Positions 62,751 to 64,000 of a stretch of 64,000 nt of DNA are shown piece by piece. Both the position numbers and the translations under genes were made by a program. How positions within the stretch are numbered: position 1 is the first letter of the stretch; each line of letters starts with the position of its first letter. Source of the DNA: Eubacteriales bacterium (GTDB lineage: Bacteria; Bacillota; Clostridia; Oscillospirales; CAG-272). The notes beneath the pieces are model-generated. The model saw only the letters and a list, made by a program, of their open reading frames with translations, was not told the origin of the DNA and searched no databases. The DNA is taken from contig JAZQFQ010000084.1 in assembly GCA_045539595.1 (NCBI GenBank), forward strand, positions 26,316 through 90,315. Direction: 5' to 3'.

Positions 62751-63775
62751 TACGCCGTTTCCTCCGCTTCTTCCAGAGCATGCCCGAAGGCCTCACAGGC
62801 GATGGCCAATGCCGCATCCGCGTCCGGCGCGGAGATACTGCATCCGGCAGCCCGCTTGTGTCCGCCGCCGCCGAACGTGGCGCAAACGGCGGAAACATCC
62901 ACATCCACATTTGCACGGGAGCTGATGCGCCAGGCGGTGGGATCGTCGGGGGATTGCTTGATGGCCAGGGCGATCTTCACGCCGTCCACCGTGCGGGGAA
63001 GGCCGATCACGTTGGCGATATCCTCCATAGTGAGTCCGTTGTCCGTGAGCATTTGCTGAGTGAACAGAACGATGCCCAACTCCCCGCCGTGCTCCAACCG
63101 CAAAGCGTCGATGCCCGCCCGCTGGGCCCGGAGTTCCGTCATGGTTCGGCATTCAAACAAACGGTGGCACAGCATGGGAATATCGTCGCCCCCATCCGTC
63201 GCCGTCTGGATCTCGCCCATCAACTCCGCCGCGGCCAGCATGGTCTTTTTCGTGGTGTTGGAATACTTAAAACTGCCCGTGTCCGACACGATGGCGGTGT
63301 AGAGCAGCCGGGCAATATCCGCGTCGGGCTGCATCTGACCGGCCTCGCACCACATCCGGTACAGATCAAACAAAATCTCCCCGGCGGCCGATGCCTCAGG
63401 GGCAACAAAAGCGGGGCAGAACACCTCACCCATACCGTGATGATCGATGCTTACGCCGATTTTGTCCGCCAGATGACCGAGCGCACCCAACTGCCCCACC
63501 GACGCCGTGTCCACGGCGCACAGAAGATCGTATTCCGTCTCCATGCCCTCGGTGTACAGCCACTCCTCCTGCTCCCGCAGAGTGAAGCGGAGCCGCTTCG
63601 GGATGGGATCGGCACAGATCACCCGGGTGTATTTGCCCATGGCCCGCAGCATTTGTGCGAGGGCAAAAGCACTGCCGGCGGCGTCCCCGTCGGGATTGTG
63701 ATGAATACAGATCAGTACCCGCTGTGCCCGGTACAGAATGTCCGACACAGCGGATAGCGTGAGATTATTCGGCAT
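62750..63775 (-). CDS. nrnA: DHH/DHHA1 phosphoesterase (NrnA-type oligoribonuclease/pAp phosphatase)
   Basis: CIHHNPDGDAAGS, SIDHH and GGGHKRAAG motifs. Start is ambiguous (63775, 63781 or 63802). Confidence 0.85.
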   Translation of the reverse strand: MPNNLTLSAVSDILYRAQRVLICIHHNPDGDAAGSAFALAQMLRAMGKYTRVICADPIPKRLRFTLREQEEWLYTEGMETEYDLLCAVDTASVGQLGALGHLADKIGVSIDHHGMGEVFCPAFVAPEASAAGEILFDLYRMWCEAGQMQPDADIARLLYTAIVSDTGSFKYSNTTKKTMLAAAELMGEIQTATDGGDDIPMLCHRLFECRTMTELRAQRAGIDALRLEHGGELGIVLFTQQMLTDNGLTMEDIANVIGLPRTVDGVKIALAIKQSPDDPTAWRISSRANVDVDVSAVCATFGGGGHKRAAGCSISAPDADAALAIACEAFGHALEEAEETA

Positions 63776-64000
63776 CGTCATCCTCCGCCTCGTCGGGATC
63801 ATCCTGGGGGATGTCCAGCTGAGACAAAATCTCGGCGATATGGGCGCCGTGGCTGACGGAGGTATCGTGGGCGAAGGTCAATTCCGGCGTCACGCGGAGA
63901 TTCAGCCGGCGCGCCAGCTGACCGCGGATAAATCCGGCGGCGGAGCGCAGGCCCTGCAGAGTTTCCTTCACCTCTCCGCTGTAGAGAGAAAAGAAGATTT
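63765..64000 (-). CDS. rbfA: Ribosome-binding factor A (5' end beyond the window)
   Basis: The frame stays open to base 64000. LQGLRSAAGFIRGQLARRLNLRVTPELTFAHD matches the RbfA C-terminal half, followed by an acidic tail. Confidence 0.85.
   Translation of the reverse strand, partial: IFFSLYSGEVKETLQGLRSAAGFIRGQLARRLNLRVTPELTFAHDTSVSHGAHIAEILSQLDIPQDDPDEAEDDDAE

Noticed and set aside
1-64000. Whole-window check for rRNA, CRISPR arrays, transposases, integrases, prophage structural genes, and toxin or secretion genes
   Set aside because: None was recognised by eye in any frame. This is a negative result from manual reading, not from a database search.

Overview
This is a GC-rich chromosomal segment (mid to high 50s % GC by eye, with a few AT-rich patches). 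Its gene content is typical of Clostridia-class Firmicutes; that taxonomic call is an inference from gene content only. About 60 protein genes and one tRNA are supportable.

Main blocks, left to right:
- An AT-rich left edge with zinc-ribbon and small membrane ORFs.
- A CPBP protease, a lipoprotein, nrdR and tRNA-Ser(CGA).
- A BlaI-type repressor followed by a single 7.8-kb ORF. This ORF encodes an M56/BlaR1-like protease with an ectodomain of about 2,200 aa.
- feoA, feoB and a small Cys-rich gene.
- An ECF-like sigma factor with a putative anti-sigma factor.
- A heparinase II/III-like protein and a HAD hydrolase.
- rnfCDGEAB, extended by a NusG-II-domain gene and a Gx-transporter-like gene, then a two-domain lipoprotein and ApbE.
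- An XRE/TPR regulator and an M48 protease.
- A five-gene operon of small unrecognised proteins beside an SdpR/SdpI-like pair.
- Assorted housekeeping genes: an MFS transporter, sfsA, an LMW-PTP, mgtC and a GH2 enzyme.
- The cell-shape and division block: mrdA-mreDCB-maf-DUF4321-dut-U32-zapA.
- proBA, a GDPD enzyme with an MFS transporter, and an acyltransferase.
- YhaO/YhaN-like nuclease and ATPase genes.
- truB-nrnA-rbfA, with rbfA cut by the window edge.

I recognised no rRNA, CRISPR array, transposase or integrase.

The most unusual items are:
- the giant BlaR1-like sensor-protease module;
- a thrice-repeated GTTAGC-N4-GCTAAC palindrome in the feo operon;
- an ApbE-adjacent tandem-domain lipoprotein with SAGCT in place of the canonical flavinylation motif;
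- the small-protein operon next to sdpRI;
- two apparent homopolymer frameshifts.

All family calls rest on motifs read by eye, not on database searches.
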